Positions 30,692 through 40,340 of a stretch of DNA of 64,000 nucleotides are shown one piece after another. This DNA is from a virus (taxonomy: Duplodnaviria; Heunggongvirae; Uroviricota; Caudoviricetes). Position 1 is the first letter of the stretch. Each line of letters begins with the position of its first letter. A model generated the notes under the pieces. The model worked only from the letters and a program-made list of their open reading frames with translations. It was not told where the DNA came from and made no database searches. The stretch spans positions 16,177 to 80,176 of the IMG/VR virus record IMGVR_UViG_3300033070_001087; one strand, 5' to 3'. Both the position numbers and the translations under genes were made by a program.

Positions 30692-30716
30692 TTTATTTAT
30701 TTAAAACATTGCTTAT

Positions 30717-30918
30717 GAATGAATACCATATTTTATTTCACCAACCAAATCTTTTAAAAGAAGATGAAGAAAGTGGAAGAGTACTTGCTAATTATACAAT
30801 AGGAGAAAACTTTGAAGGAGAAAATCCTAATGAAGCATATAATAAATTTAAAGAAAAATATCCTAATGCTACATATTTAGGTACATTTTCAAAAGAGCTT
30901 TCAAATATAAAACAATAA
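30717..30918 (+). CDS. hypothetical small protein
   Basis: Trimmed from the 30592 ORF, whose N-terminus overlaps the tRNA. Start at Met MNEYHILF. Confidence 0.3.
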
Positions 30919-31160
30919 TGCAGTATTTTATCAAAAACAAGAATCAAATTAAAAAAGAAGATTTACCTATGTATCCAGAAGGTAGAGCTGAAATAACTGA
31001 CTTTAGTGACAGTATCTTTGGAACTAGAATAACAGATAACCAATACAGAAATGCAAAAGCGTATGGTACTGTTAAAATTCAAAGAGACAATAGAAATTAT
31101 TTTGTCGGTATTAAAATGATTCGAAGAGAGTTAACACACAAAATTCGAAGCTATGTATAA
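30918..31160 (+). CDS. hypothetical protein
   Basis: 80-aa ORF. Confidence 0.3.
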   Translation: MQYFIKNKNQIKKEDLPMYPEGRAEITDFSDSIFGTRITDNQYRNAKAYGTVKIQRDNRNYFVGIKMIRRELTHKIRSYV

Positions 31161-31416
31161 TGCAGGAGATGTTTTGATTAACAAAAAAAATCCTACACTA
31201 GTAGTTAGAGTTTTAGATTCAGAAACAAGAAGTTGTGTAGTTGTTGATTCAAAGAACAGTGAGTATATTGGAAAGAAATCCACATACAACAAAGATGAGT
31301 TCTATAATAAATTTGAACCAAAAACACAAGAAGACAATCTAAAGCTTATTCGATATAAACAAAAGTGTAAGACTTACGAAAAGAGAAAAAAAGAGAAAGT
31401 AAGAAGTTACTTATAA
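31153..31416 (+). CDS. hypothetical protein
   Basis: 87-aa ORF. Confidence 0.3.
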   Translation: MYNAGDVLINKKNPTLVVRVLDSETRSCVVVDSKNSEYIGKKSTYNKDEFYNKFEPKTQEDNLKLIRYKQKCKTYEKRKKEKVRSYL

Positions 31417-31643
31417 TCTCATTAATAATCACTAAAATCAGCTTTTTATGAATTCAAGTTGAATTTAAAAACTTTACAAAACATGCAAAAAACTGTATTT
31501 TTAACACTCCTATTTTTCGTACTATTGTATGGAGGAGTATGGTTATTTAACCATATCAATGCTTGGCTTGGATTTGCTTTTATAGGAGGAGTAATATACT
31601 TCTATGCCAAAAAAAAAATATTTTAAATCAAACATCTAAAAAA

Positions 31644-32453
31644 ATGAAAAGAAACAATTTCAAGTTACTGTTATTCATGCTATTAGCAGTATCATTAACG
31701 TTCTCATCATGTGAACGTGTCGCACCTAATTATGCAGGTGTCTTAATGGAGAATTACGGTAAAGCCGGAAAATCTGATTTTTCAATTGTAACAGGTAGAG
31801 TATTTACAGCTTTTTCACTAGGTACAGAATTGTTTACAGTTCCTTTGTGGGAACAAAGAGCAGGTTATGAAAAAGTATCTACATTAAAAGATGCAGATAA
31901 TACAGAACTTTATGTTACACCTAAATATTCATATAAAGTTCAAAAAGATAGAGTTATTGATCTAGTATTTAATAATTCAAATCTTGGAAGTGGAAATGAT
32001 TTTATGGTGTCATTAGAAAATAATGTTCTTGAATCAAGAATATATGATATAATTAAAGAAGAAGCTAAATCATCACCAACAGATTCATTAATGCAAAAAG
32101 GTGGTAATTTAAAATTTGAAAAAATTATTCAATCTAAAGTCGAAAAAGCATTTAATGAAATCGGTATTACTTTGATTACTTTTTCAACTAATCTTGATTA
32201 TGGAGATAAAGTAAAAAAGAAAATTGAAAACAGAAATGAAGTAAATACTAATGTTACTGTAATTGATCAACAAATTATTGAACAAAAAAAAAAGAATGAA
32301 TTAGCTGAACTTCAAACTCAAGAAAAATTAATACAAAGTAGAGGTATAACAGAAGAAATACTGAAACAACAGGCAATTGAAAAATGGAATGGTGTATTAC
32401 CATCTACTGTAGCTGGTGGAACTGGAACAGTATACAATATTCCATTAAAATAA
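31644..32453 (+). CDS. lipoprotein, possible SPFH/band-7-like
   Basis: Start reassigned to MKRNNFKLLLFMLLAVSLTFSSC, a signal peptide with lipobox. C-terminal coiled-coil. Confidence 0.3.
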   Translation: MKRNNFKLLLFMLLAVSLTFSSCERVAPNYAGVLMENYGKAGKSDFSIVTGRVFTAFSLGTELFTVPLWEQRAGYEKVSTLKDADNTELYVTPKYSYKVQKDRVIDLVFNNSNLGSGNDFMVSLENNVLESRIYDIIKEEAKSSPTDSLMQKGGNLKFEKIIQSKVEKAFNEIGITLITFSTNLDYGDKVKKKIENRNEVNTNVTVIDQQIIEQKKKNELAELQTQEKLIQSRGITEEILKQQAIEKWNGVLPSTVAGGTGTVYNIPLK

Positions 32454-32478
32454 ATAAGCGGTACGCACATAATTTATA

Positions 32479-32520
32479 AAAGTAAAAGTTGGTGAAATAT
32501 ACAGCTTTTACTTTTTTTTA
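32479..32520 (+). terminator. rho-independent terminator
   Basis: Perfect 10-bp stem AAAGTAAAAG/CTTTTACTTT with a 16-nt loop, followed by a T-run. Confidence 0.5.
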
Positions 32521-32545
32521 GTTTAATTAAAATAAAACACTAAAC

Positions 32546-32884
32546 ATGACTTTATTACGCCACCAGTTAAAGACTGGAAACAAAGGTATTGGATTTACCT
32601 TAGCAGCAAGCTATGATGAGCAAACAGCAACAATGTCATTTGGCGTTGCTAAATGCTGTAAACATGATGCATTCACTAAAAAGAAAGGAAGAGAAATTGC
32701 ATTAGGTAGGTTGGAAAATAATCCTACTTATACTTTACCTGTTCCACCAGAAAGTGATTTACGTCAATTCTTTAATTCTCAATTTGATGATTTACCTACT
32801 ATATTAAAGAAGATGAATATCAAAAAATTAAAAGAAACTAAAACTCTACCACAAGTTCACGAGCCAAGTTTTGAGATTAATTAA
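32546..32884 (+). CDS. hypothetical protein
   Basis: 112-aa ORF. Confidence 0.35.
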   Translation: MTLLRHQLKTGNKGIGFTLAASYDEQTATMSFGVAKCCKHDAFTKKKGREIALGRLENNPTYTLPVPPESDLRQFFNSQFDDLPTILKKMNIKKLKETKTLPQVHEPSFEIN

Positions 32885-32931
32885 AGTTTACAAAAACACA
32901 AACCTATACATTCATTAGCACACAACACAAA

Positions 32932-33168
32932 ATGTTGAAAGAAGAAATCAAACGTATAAAACAAGAAGCTAATAAAAACTTTAACCATCGTAAAGGTAGT
33001 AAAAGACAAATTATTATTGCTTCTACTCTGTCAGACAGAAAGAAGGTTTTATACACAAACAATCCGTTTAGAAAATTAGAAATTATTAATCCACTTTTGG
33101 AAAAAGACATTCAAAGAAATGATAGATTTAAAGGAAAACGAATATTTGAACGAAATCCCAAGATTTGA
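32932..33168 (+). CDS. hypothetical basic protein
   Basis: 78-aa ORF. Lys and Arg-rich. Confidence 0.3.
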   Translation: MLKEEIKRIKQEANKNFNHRKGSKRQIIIASTLSDRKKVLYTNNPFRKLEIINPLLEKDIQRNDRFKGKRIFERNPKI

Positions 33169-34279
33169 TCCTTTCAAAGGTAAAATGCCTACACCATTTA
33201 TGGCAACACACTCTTATAGTTATGGAGTAGACACAAATGGTAAGAAAATAATAATGGATTCAATTCACACAGGATGTCATTCTTTTGTAAAAAGTAGAAT
33301 TTATGGAAAAGGTCACTCGTTATGTGTAGTAGTACCAATTACCTGCTGCTTTTATCAAAAAGAAGAAATTGAAGAATATATCAATCTTTTAAAACAAATA
33401 GGATTTCAAATCGAATTTAAAGGAATCTTAACAGACGCAGAAGTAGAAAAGAATCACGGCGGAGTATACAATATGGCTAATAAAGAAAATTATGTTTTCT
33501 TATTAGGCGAAGATTACAAGAATAATGTTGCTAGCGTGAGATATGCTGCATTGTGTTTGGTAAGGGCACTTTGGAATACAAACCAATTTTGGCTACCATA
33601 TAGATTTGTTGAATTCTACAGGTATTTTAAAAAGCGAAAAATTAAACCATCTTTAAGTAAAATATTAGTTCTTGCTAACCTCTGTCCACATAATCTAATT
33701 AGTGATTCATATATATTCCATAGAATAAAAGAAACAGAAAAAGGAGATTGGGAAGCGAAGAAAGATATAATTAATAAAGAATCTGGTTTGTTAGGTGGAT
33801 ATTACGGATTTATAGGACATTCAAATACTGATGTAATTTTAAATTCTGACTACGAATGTATTTATAAAAGCTTTTATATTTCTCTACTCTTAATAGGAGA
33901 TAATAAATTTAATATAATTGATTTTATTGAAAATTATAATATTAATGGTAAATTAACTGGTAACCTTTCGCAAATTAATCATTTAAACATTAATACATAT
34001 GGTAAAACACGAATGATTCGTGATGATAAAAACATATTAAATAATAAGTTAAGAGAATTATTAAAAGATAAACTGTATTACAAAGCTTTCCTTTATTTAA
34101 AAGAAATTGCAATAAGTTATAAACAATTTCCTGATTCACATTTTACAAATTTAGATCTGCAAAATATAGGTACAATGGATAATGTGTCGTCACATTACAT
34201 CCTACCAGAAGAAAAATCAGAGAAATTTATAGCAGAGTTTGTTGAGAAAACAAGTAAGGAAAAGAAAAAATCAAAATAA
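33119..34279 (+). CDS. hypothetical protein
   Basis: 386-aa ORF. Confidence 0.35.
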   Translation: MIDLKENEYLNEIPRFDPFKGKMPTPFMATHSYSYGVDTNGKKIIMDSIHTGCHSFVKSRIYGKGHSLCVVVPITCCFYQKEEIEEYINLLKQIGFQIEFKGILTDAEVEKNHGGVYNMANKENYVFLLGEDYKNNVASVRYAALCLVRALWNTNQFWLPYRFVEFYRYFKKRKIKPSLSKILVLANLCPHNLISDSYIFHRIKETEKGDWEAKKDIINKESGLLGGYYGFIGHSNTDVILNSDYECIYKSFYISLLLIGDNKFNIIDFIENYNINGKLTGNLSQINHLNINTYGKTRMIRDDKNILNNKLRELLKDKLYYKAFLYLKEIAISYKQFPDSHFTNLDLQNIGTMDNVSSHYILPEEKSEKFIAEFVEKTSKEKKKSK

Positions 34280-35151
34280 TGGAAAAAGACAAAGACAAAC
34301 TTAACAATAGCCACATAACACTTGGCACCGATCCAGAGGTATTTTTATACTCTTTGATTGATAAAATATTTTATCCTTCCTTTGGTGTTATCAAAGGTGA
34401 TAAAGAAATACCATTTCAGATACCTGATTTACCAAAAGGATTTACTACTCAAGTAGATAATGTAATGTGTGAATTTAATATTCCACCTGCATCTAATCCA
34501 CAAGAGTACTCTGATAATATTCAGAAAATCTATGATTGGTTAAAAAAAAATCTTCCAGAATCACTAGTTGTACGAGTACAACCAAGCGCAGAATTTACTA
34601 ATGCAATGTTGGCTGATGATAAGGCACATATTGTTGGTTGTTCTGAAGACTTCTCAGCTTATAGCGGAGAGAATGTTAGTGTAACAAATTTATCTGAATC
34701 AAACTGGCGTTTTGCTGGTGGTCATATCCATGTTGGATATCCAAGTCCTGCTTATTTTAGCAGTAAAACCATTATTAAATGGATGGATATTTTCTTAGGA
34801 TTACCATCTGTTATTTTGGACACAGATGAACGAAGAAAAGCTATTTATGGTACACCAGGAAGATGGCGTGATAAAGACTTTGGTCTTGAATATCGTGTTT
34901 TATCAAACTGGTGGACAGAAAGAGAAGAGTATCGTAAATGGGTATTCCGTCAGACTGAAAAAGCATATTATGCTTTTAAAGAGAATGTAGAAATTGGTGA
35001 AGACTTTGAAAGACAGGTACAAGACTGTATTGAGCAGAACAATGCAGAACAAGCACGTGTCTTGATGGCACATTTTGGTGTGGCTGATGAGTCATTTACT
35101 GAGATTTTTAACATTAAAATGAAAGAATATGCAGACCAACACGCTGAATAA
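34279..35151 (+). CDS. hypothetical protein
   Basis: 290-aa ORF. Confidence 0.35.
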   Translation: MEKDKDKLNNSHITLGTDPEVFLYSLIDKIFYPSFGVIKGDKEIPFQIPDLPKGFTTQVDNVMCEFNIPPASNPQEYSDNIQKIYDWLKKNLPESLVVRVQPSAEFTNAMLADDKAHIVGCSEDFSAYSGENVSVTNLSESNWRFAGGHIHVGYPSPAYFSSKTIIKWMDIFLGLPSVILDTDERRKAIYGTPGRWRDKDFGLEYRVLSNWWTEREEYRKWVFRQTEKAYYAFKENVEIGEDFERQVQDCIEQNNAEQARVLMAHFGVADESFTEIFNIKMKEYADQHAE

Positions 35152-35523
35152 AAAAGAAGAAGTTGCTGGTGAAACTCCAGCAGGTGGAACACAACCTAAT
35201 GTAGAAGTTCCAGTTAAAACACCAAGAATTGGTATAGTAGGACATATGTTGCCAAATGGCACATCAGTAGGAGTTAGCCTTCCTTATCTTACCTATTTTA
35301 CTAAATTTGGTAATGTTATTATTGTAAATCCAGTTGCTATTCTTGTAGAAGAGAACTTAGATTTATTAGTAATACCAGGTGGACCAGATGTATCTACTAT
35401 ACGATATCTAGGAAAAGGTGATAAACATTCCTTTTTTAATCAAAAACCTGATCAAGCAAGAGAATGGTTTGATGTTAATATGTTACCTAAGTATATTGAA
35501 AAGCGTATTCCAATTTTCGGGAT
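35129..35523 (+). CDS. peptidase C26 / class-I glutamine amidotransferase-like protein, exon 1
   Basis: VIPGGPDV motif. The ORF reads ...IPIFGI just before the expected catalytic Cys. It ends at U35523. Confidence 0.5.
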
Positions 35524-36497
35524 AAAATTACATGTCCCACTCTATAGTAATATAGATGTTAAAAACAGGGTGAACTCATGGAAAGCTGAAATGCCAATCA
35601 TGAGCCAAGCTTAGATAGAAATATCTTTGAAGGTGCAGAGACTAACAATCGAGACTAAGTTTTAAGAGTTATATCTTGAAATACGTCAGTAACATTGACA
35701 AGAGCGCCCTGATTCTTATAAAAATTTATTAATAATTGCATATTTTTTGAAAATACTTCTACTTGATCAAAAGTGGCTTGATTTTTCATCATATTTGCAA
35801 GTCTTGAAAGAACAATTATATTACCTTTAATATATCCTTTATTATTATCTATTCTATCTATTGTAGCATAGTTATAATTTTGATAATCTCCTTCTTTTGT
35901 ATTATATAAAAGAGGAAATTTAAATATTGGACATTCATTTGGTAATTGTAAATCTTGATATTCTAAATTAAACTCTAAATTTCTTCTTTTAGCAGAATAT
36001 TTTATATTTCTAATCATATATCCTTTTACTCTATCTAACTCGTTAGTATAAGTGTTTTGAAACATTTTAGGTTTTAGTCCTAATTTATTTCTAAAATAGT
36101 TTACTTGCTTTTGAGATATACCTAAAGTAGAAGCAATTTGATTATCAGTATAATCTAATTCTCTTAACTCAGAAATTCTTGATTTTAATTTTTCAAAGTA
36201 AACATCTCTATTATTTGGTAAATCATTTTTAATACGAAACTCATAGATCGTACTCATTGCTTTATTAAATATTTCAGATAATTCTTTGTCAGATTTTCCT
36301 TGATTATAAAGTTCAAGAAACTTAATTTTGTCTATCATGTAAATTTGTTTTTATTGTTGCAAATATACAAAATTAATTGTTATTTTAAGAAAAAATAAAT
36401 AATTTTTATTTAAGAATATGATATAGTCCAAACTTATACAAAATACAAGTATAAGAATTCGGAAATAAAGAGTTCCGAAGATAATAGGCCCTATTTG
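35524..36497 (+). mobile_element. group I intron (putative) in C26 peptidase gene, with antisense HNH ORF
   Basis: The 5' exon ends in U and the intron ends in G36497. Joining the exons gives GI-CRGHQ, which restores the catalytic-Cys motif. P7-like AGACUA occurs twice at about 35628-35650 and UAGUCC at about 36424. Confidence 0.5.
35655..36338 (-). CDS. HNH (HNH_3) homing endonuclease
   Basis: IDRIDNNKGYIKGNIIVLSRLAN HNH_3 motif plus N-terminal HTH modules. Located inside the intron on the opposite strand. Confidence 0.6.
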   Translation of the reverse strand: MIDKIKFLELYNQGKSDKELSEIFNKAMSTIYEFRIKNDLPNNRDVYFEKLKSRISELRELDYTDNQIASTLGISQKQVNYFRNKLGLKPKMFQNTYTNELDRVKGYMIRNIKYSAKRRNLEFNLEYQDLQLPNECPIFKFPLLYNTKEGDYQNYNYATIDRIDNNKGYIKGNIIVLSRLANMMKNQATFDQVEVFSKNMQLLINFYKNQGALVNVTDVFQDITLKT

Positions 36498-36963
36498 ATG
36501 TAGAGGCCACCAAACTATTGCAGTACACTTTGGTGCAAAGTTAATTCAACACTTATCTGGTCATGATCAAAATAAAGAAGATGAAAGAAATTACTTAATT
36601 CAATCTTTAGCATATTTACATACTGAAGTACAAGATGATTTACTTGTAGTAAGAGATATACAAGAAAGAATTGATGTAAACTCAATGCATCATCAAGCAG
36701 TTGAAACCTGCCCAGCTAATGCAACAGTTGCTGCATGGACTTGTGAAATATATTCTAATACTAAGAACAACCAAGCATGGATGAGTTCTTATAAGTATAA
36801 AGGACATTTACCAGAATTTGTTCACAATAATCGTAAATATATTATTGAAGCATTAGTATATAATAACTACCCCATCGCTTCTGTTCAATGGCATCCTGAA
36901 GAGATTCATGATGAGTTTTCAGATGGACTTATAGCGATGTTAATTGCGTGTTCCAATAGCTAA
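36498..36963 (+). CDS. peptidase C26 / GATase1-like protein, exon 2
   Basis: Frame reads (I)CRGHQTIAVHFGAK...NSMHHQAV...VQWHPE, the canonical C26 Cys-His motifs. A stop lies immediately upstream in frame. Confidence 0.55.
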
Positions 36964-37294
36964 TAAGTTTTTCAAAAAACCTTTTTCATAGGACCAATTG
37001 AGGTATTCGTGCTTCAACCTTAAGAATATAGGTCTTATTAGTGAACACAAACATCTACCCGTTTTGAAATGTGAAAGCTTTCCCTTCCAAAAGGAAAGTG
37101 AAAAAACCATTTATTCGGTAAAATATAATAAGCATTAGCGTAACTGTAAATTACGTGCTCTTCTTGAGCTGTAGATGTGTAGATGTCTCCCAAGCCCAGA
37201 TGGTGTAATAGTCAAGCACGCGATCACTACCTGTGATGAGAGGAAAGGTAAGCTCACAGCTGCCATGGGCAACTAAAAAATAATAAAAAAATAA

Positions 37295-37370
37295 TGGTTT
37301 CGTTAGTTCAGTCTGGCTAGAATGTCTGCTTGTGGTGCAGAAGGTCACGAGTTCGAATCTCGTACGAAAC
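37295..37370 (+). tRNA. tRNA-His (anticodon GTG)
   Basis: G-1 paired with C73. Acceptor GTTTCGT/ACGAAAC. Anticodon stem TCTGC/GCAGA, loop TTGTGGT. Perfect T-arm ACGAG-TTCGAAT-CTCGT. Confidence 0.6.
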
Positions 37371-37374
37371 CCTT

Positions 37375-37446
37375 AGGAGAATTAGCTCAGTTGGTAGAGC
37401 AGCGGATTGAAGATCCGTGTGCAGTGGTTCGAATCCATTATTCTCC
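37375..37446 (+). tRNA. tRNA-Phe (anticodon GAA)
   Basis: Perfect acceptor GGAGAAT/ATTCTCC. D-arm GCTC-AGTTGGTA-GAGC. Anticodon loop TTGAAGA. T-loop TTCGAAT. Confidence 0.65.
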
Positions 37447-37497
37447 ACTCCATTTTAAAGAAGGTTATCAAAGTCAGATCACCTTCAATTTATATTA

Positions 37498-37839
37498 ATG
37501 ATTAGTAATAACGATAAAAGACAAGACAATAGCGAAAATGTATTAAAAAGAATTACAGAAAACAAATTTAAAGTATTAAGAGATAGAAATGGAATCGCCC
37601 TTAATGTATCCTATTCACACGATGGATTAAAATGGACTATTGATGCTAAAGGTAGAAATTTATATTACCAAGATGGCAACTATGTAGAAGATTTTAAACC
37701 TAATTATAGGATCTTAAAACAGAATTCATTTATGTCAAAATGTGAAAAAAGATGGGTTGATAAAGCAAATGCAATGCTTTATGAACAAAGACCTTTTTTC
37801 ATGGCTGAAAATAAAATGAAAAGAAAAAACGAATGTTAA
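37498..37839 (+). CDS. hypothetical protein
   Basis: 113-aa ORF. Confidence 0.35.
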   Translation: MISNNDKRQDNSENVLKRITENKFKVLRDRNGIALNVSYSHDGLKWTIDAKGRNLYYQDGNYVEDFKPNYRILKQNSFMSKCEKRWVDKANAMLYEQRPFFMAENKMKRKNEC

Positions 37840-38444
37840 ATATCTTAACAACATCTGAAGAAGACAAACAACCAAAGAAAGCTCACCCTGGAGATGCATG
37901 TGCAGACATAATAGCAACATCTGTTGTATATGATGCAAAGTACATAGAATATAGCACAGGATTAAAAATGTTACCCGATGAAGGATATTTAGGATTAGTA
38001 TTTCCTAGAAGTTCAATATCAGGGTACGATTTGATTCTATGTAATTCTGTAGGCGTAATAGACGAGTATACAGGTGAGTGGAAAATTCGATTCAAAAGAA
38101 CCAAACAACCATTAATTGATTTCTTGTATCGATCTTACACAGCTAAGAGAGACGAATACATCGATAAAAGTAATTATCATAAGACATTAAGTTTTCTTAA
38201 TCCAAAAAGAGCCAGAGTTTTTGACCAGGTTTATAAGTTAAAGAAAGAAGTAGAATTCATAGACAAGCAAATTCATGAAGCTGAAGCATCTGAAAAGATA
38301 TATCAAATTGGTGATAAAATTGCACAGTTTATGTTTGTACCTAAAACTGAATGGACTTATGTATTTACAGAAAAGATGCCTGAAACAACTAGAGGAGAAA
38401 AAGGTTTTGGAAGTTCAGATTTAAAACATGGGAAGAAGAACTAA
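37833..38444 (+). CDS. dut: dUTPase (trimeric) with large insertion between motifs III and IV
   Basis: Motifs GDACADI, PRSS, GVIDEYTGEW, GDKIAQFMF and TTRGEKGFGSSD. An extra ~65 aa lies between motifs III and IV. Confidence 0.6.
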   Translation: MLNILTTSEEDKQPKKAHPGDACADIIATSVVYDAKYIEYSTGLKMLPDEGYLGLVFPRSSISGYDLILCNSVGVIDEYTGEWKIRFKRTKQPLIDFLYRSYTAKRDEYIDKSNYHKTLSFLNPKRARVFDQVYKLKKEVEFIDKQIHEAEASEKIYQIGDKIAQFMFVPKTEWTYVFTEKMPETTRGEKGFGSSDLKHGKKN

Positions 38445-38916
38445 AATAGGAAATTTCATACATTCTTCATGGACTAATATAAATATAAGATGTGGTAAAT
38501 ATAAACATTTACAAAATGTTGATAAATGCAAATCTTATAAAAGTGTTAAAATTGAAATGACAAGAGATGAATACAAAGATTATTGTATAGAAAATAGAGA
38601 TAATATATTATCTTTAAAAAGACCTTCTATAGATAGAATTGATTCATCTAAAAATTATTCTTTAGATAATATACAAATTATAGAGCTTAGAGATAATATA
38701 TCTAAGAAAAAAACTGCTAATAATTATACTAATTTTTCTAAACTTAGAGGAGTTAGAATGTCTAGTTCAGGAAAATATGTAGCTCGTATTTGTGTAAATA
38801 AAAAGGAAGTTAATCTTGGAAGTTTTGAGAAACAAGAAGATGCATATGATGCTTTTTATAATAAGTATCTTGAAATTTATAAAAAGGAACCATGGAAACA
38901 ATACAGGAAGATTTAA
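38428..38916 (+). CDS. HNH-AP2 homing endonuclease
   Basis: SIDRIDSSKNYSLDNIQIIELRDN is HNH_3. GVRMSSSGKYVARICVNKKEVNLGSFEKQEDAYDAF is an AP2 domain. Confidence 0.6.
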   Translation: MGRRTKIGNFIHSSWTNINIRCGKYKHLQNVDKCKSYKSVKIEMTRDEYKDYCIENRDNILSLKRPSIDRIDSSKNYSLDNIQIIELRDNISKKKTANNYTNFSKLRGVRMSSSGKYVARICVNKKEVNLGSFEKQEDAYDAFYNKYLEIYKKEPWKQYRKI

Positions 38917-39365
38917 AAGCAAATAAACTGATAACTGTTTTTAATGATTGGGAAAATCAAAAAGATGTAATAGGTACAGTATTGCTCATTAAGAGATTAA
39001 AGAGAGGCTTACCATTTATCTTAAAAGATACAGTAACTAAAAGAACACCTGAAAAGAAGAAGTTTCATGAAACAATATTCTTTGAATGGAGTGATGAAGA
39101 GGAATCATTAGAGACAACTAAAGTATATGGCTATGAACAATGGCTATGTAAAGTTATCAAATCTGTAAATCCATCCTATCCTATTAACACAGAAGTAAGA
39201 TTAAATATCAGGTACTTAAAAGGAGATTTTAAGGATGCAGAAATCCAAAGCAACTATAAGAACTTTGATGAAGATGAATTAGAAGAAGAAGCTTATCTTA
39301 CTCAATGGAAAATAAAAAATCTAATGGATAAGTTTATTGAAGTTAACGGAGAAGAGATTTACTAA
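38892..39365 (+). CDS. hypothetical protein
   Basis: 157-aa ORF. Confidence 0.35.
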   Translation: METIQEDLKANKLITVFNDWENQKDVIGTVLLIKRLKRGLPFILKDTVTKRTPEKKKFHETIFFEWSDEEESLETTKVYGYEQWLCKVIKSVNPSYPINTEVRLNIRYLKGDFKDAEIQSNYKNFDEDELEEEAYLTQWKIKNLMDKFIEVNGEEIY

Positions 39366-40340
39366 CATCAAATACGTAATTTATGATATTGAAACTTTAA
39401 AAGAGTGCTTTACATTTTGTTTCTTAGACTACGAAACAAAAAAAAGAAAACAATTCATAATTCACAAAACAAAAAATGAGTTTAATGAACTCATAGACTT
39501 CATTGTTAGACTAAAACAACATAATTATTATTTTGTTGGATTTAATAATCTAGCATTTGATGGACAAATACTACAATATTTATTTAAGAATAAAACATTT
39601 AGAAAAGCACCTGTAGAATTGGTATTAAAAGAATCTTATAAATTTGTACAGGATTTAATTGCCTTACAAAATAGAGACGATAAATATCAACATGTAGTTG
39701 CAGAGAAGAATTTAATATTCCCACAAATAGATTTGTTTAAACAAAAGCACTATGATGGTACAGCAAAGAGAGGAACTTCTTTAAAATGGATTGAATTCAC
39801 GATTGGTTTTGATAACATTCAAGAAATGCCAATTCATCATAGTGCTTGTGTAGATCAAGAGGATATAGATTTAATCTTATCCTATAATTGGAATGATGTG
39901 GAAGCAACCACCAAATTTTTTGAACTCATAAAGTTTGAAACTGATTTACGAATCAACTTATCAAATGAATATGATATTAATTTATTAAATGCATCTGAAC
40001 CAAGATTAGCGAAAGAAATTTTTGCAAAATTCTTATCAGAAGAATCAGGAATTAGTCCGTGGGAGTTAAAAAAGCTTAAAACAAGAAGAAATATAATTAA
40101 TGTAAATGAAATTATATTTCCTTATATTAAGTTTCAAACAGAACAACTAAATATTCTTTTAGATCAAATCAAGCAATTGAAGATTGATGGGAATAATACA
40201 AGAGATTCATTTGAAAAAGTTTTTAACTACCATGGAATAGAAACTGTAATGGCATTAGGTGGAATACATGCATGTTGTGAGCCAGGAGTTTATAAAGATA
40301 ATGAGAATCTAATTATGGAAGATATTGACGTTAAAGATGT
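39337..40340 (+). CDS. family B DNA polymerase, exon 1 (3'-5' exonuclease domain through motif A Asp)
   Basis: Exo I YDIET. The ORF ends ...DIDVKDVAS with a stop. The proposed junction restores DVTSFYPN, which is motif A DxxSLYPS. Boundary within a few nt. Confidence 0.5.

Noticed and set aside
30592-30716. N-terminal part of ORF 30592-30918
   Set aside because: Its first about 40 codons are a translation through the tRNA-Met gene (…GLEQLVARQAHNLEVEGSSPSP). The CDS was trimmed to the internal Met at 30717.
37151-37348. Minus-strand 65-aa ORF
   Set aside because: It overlaps the tRNA-His gene and its structured leader. No coding signal. Spurious.
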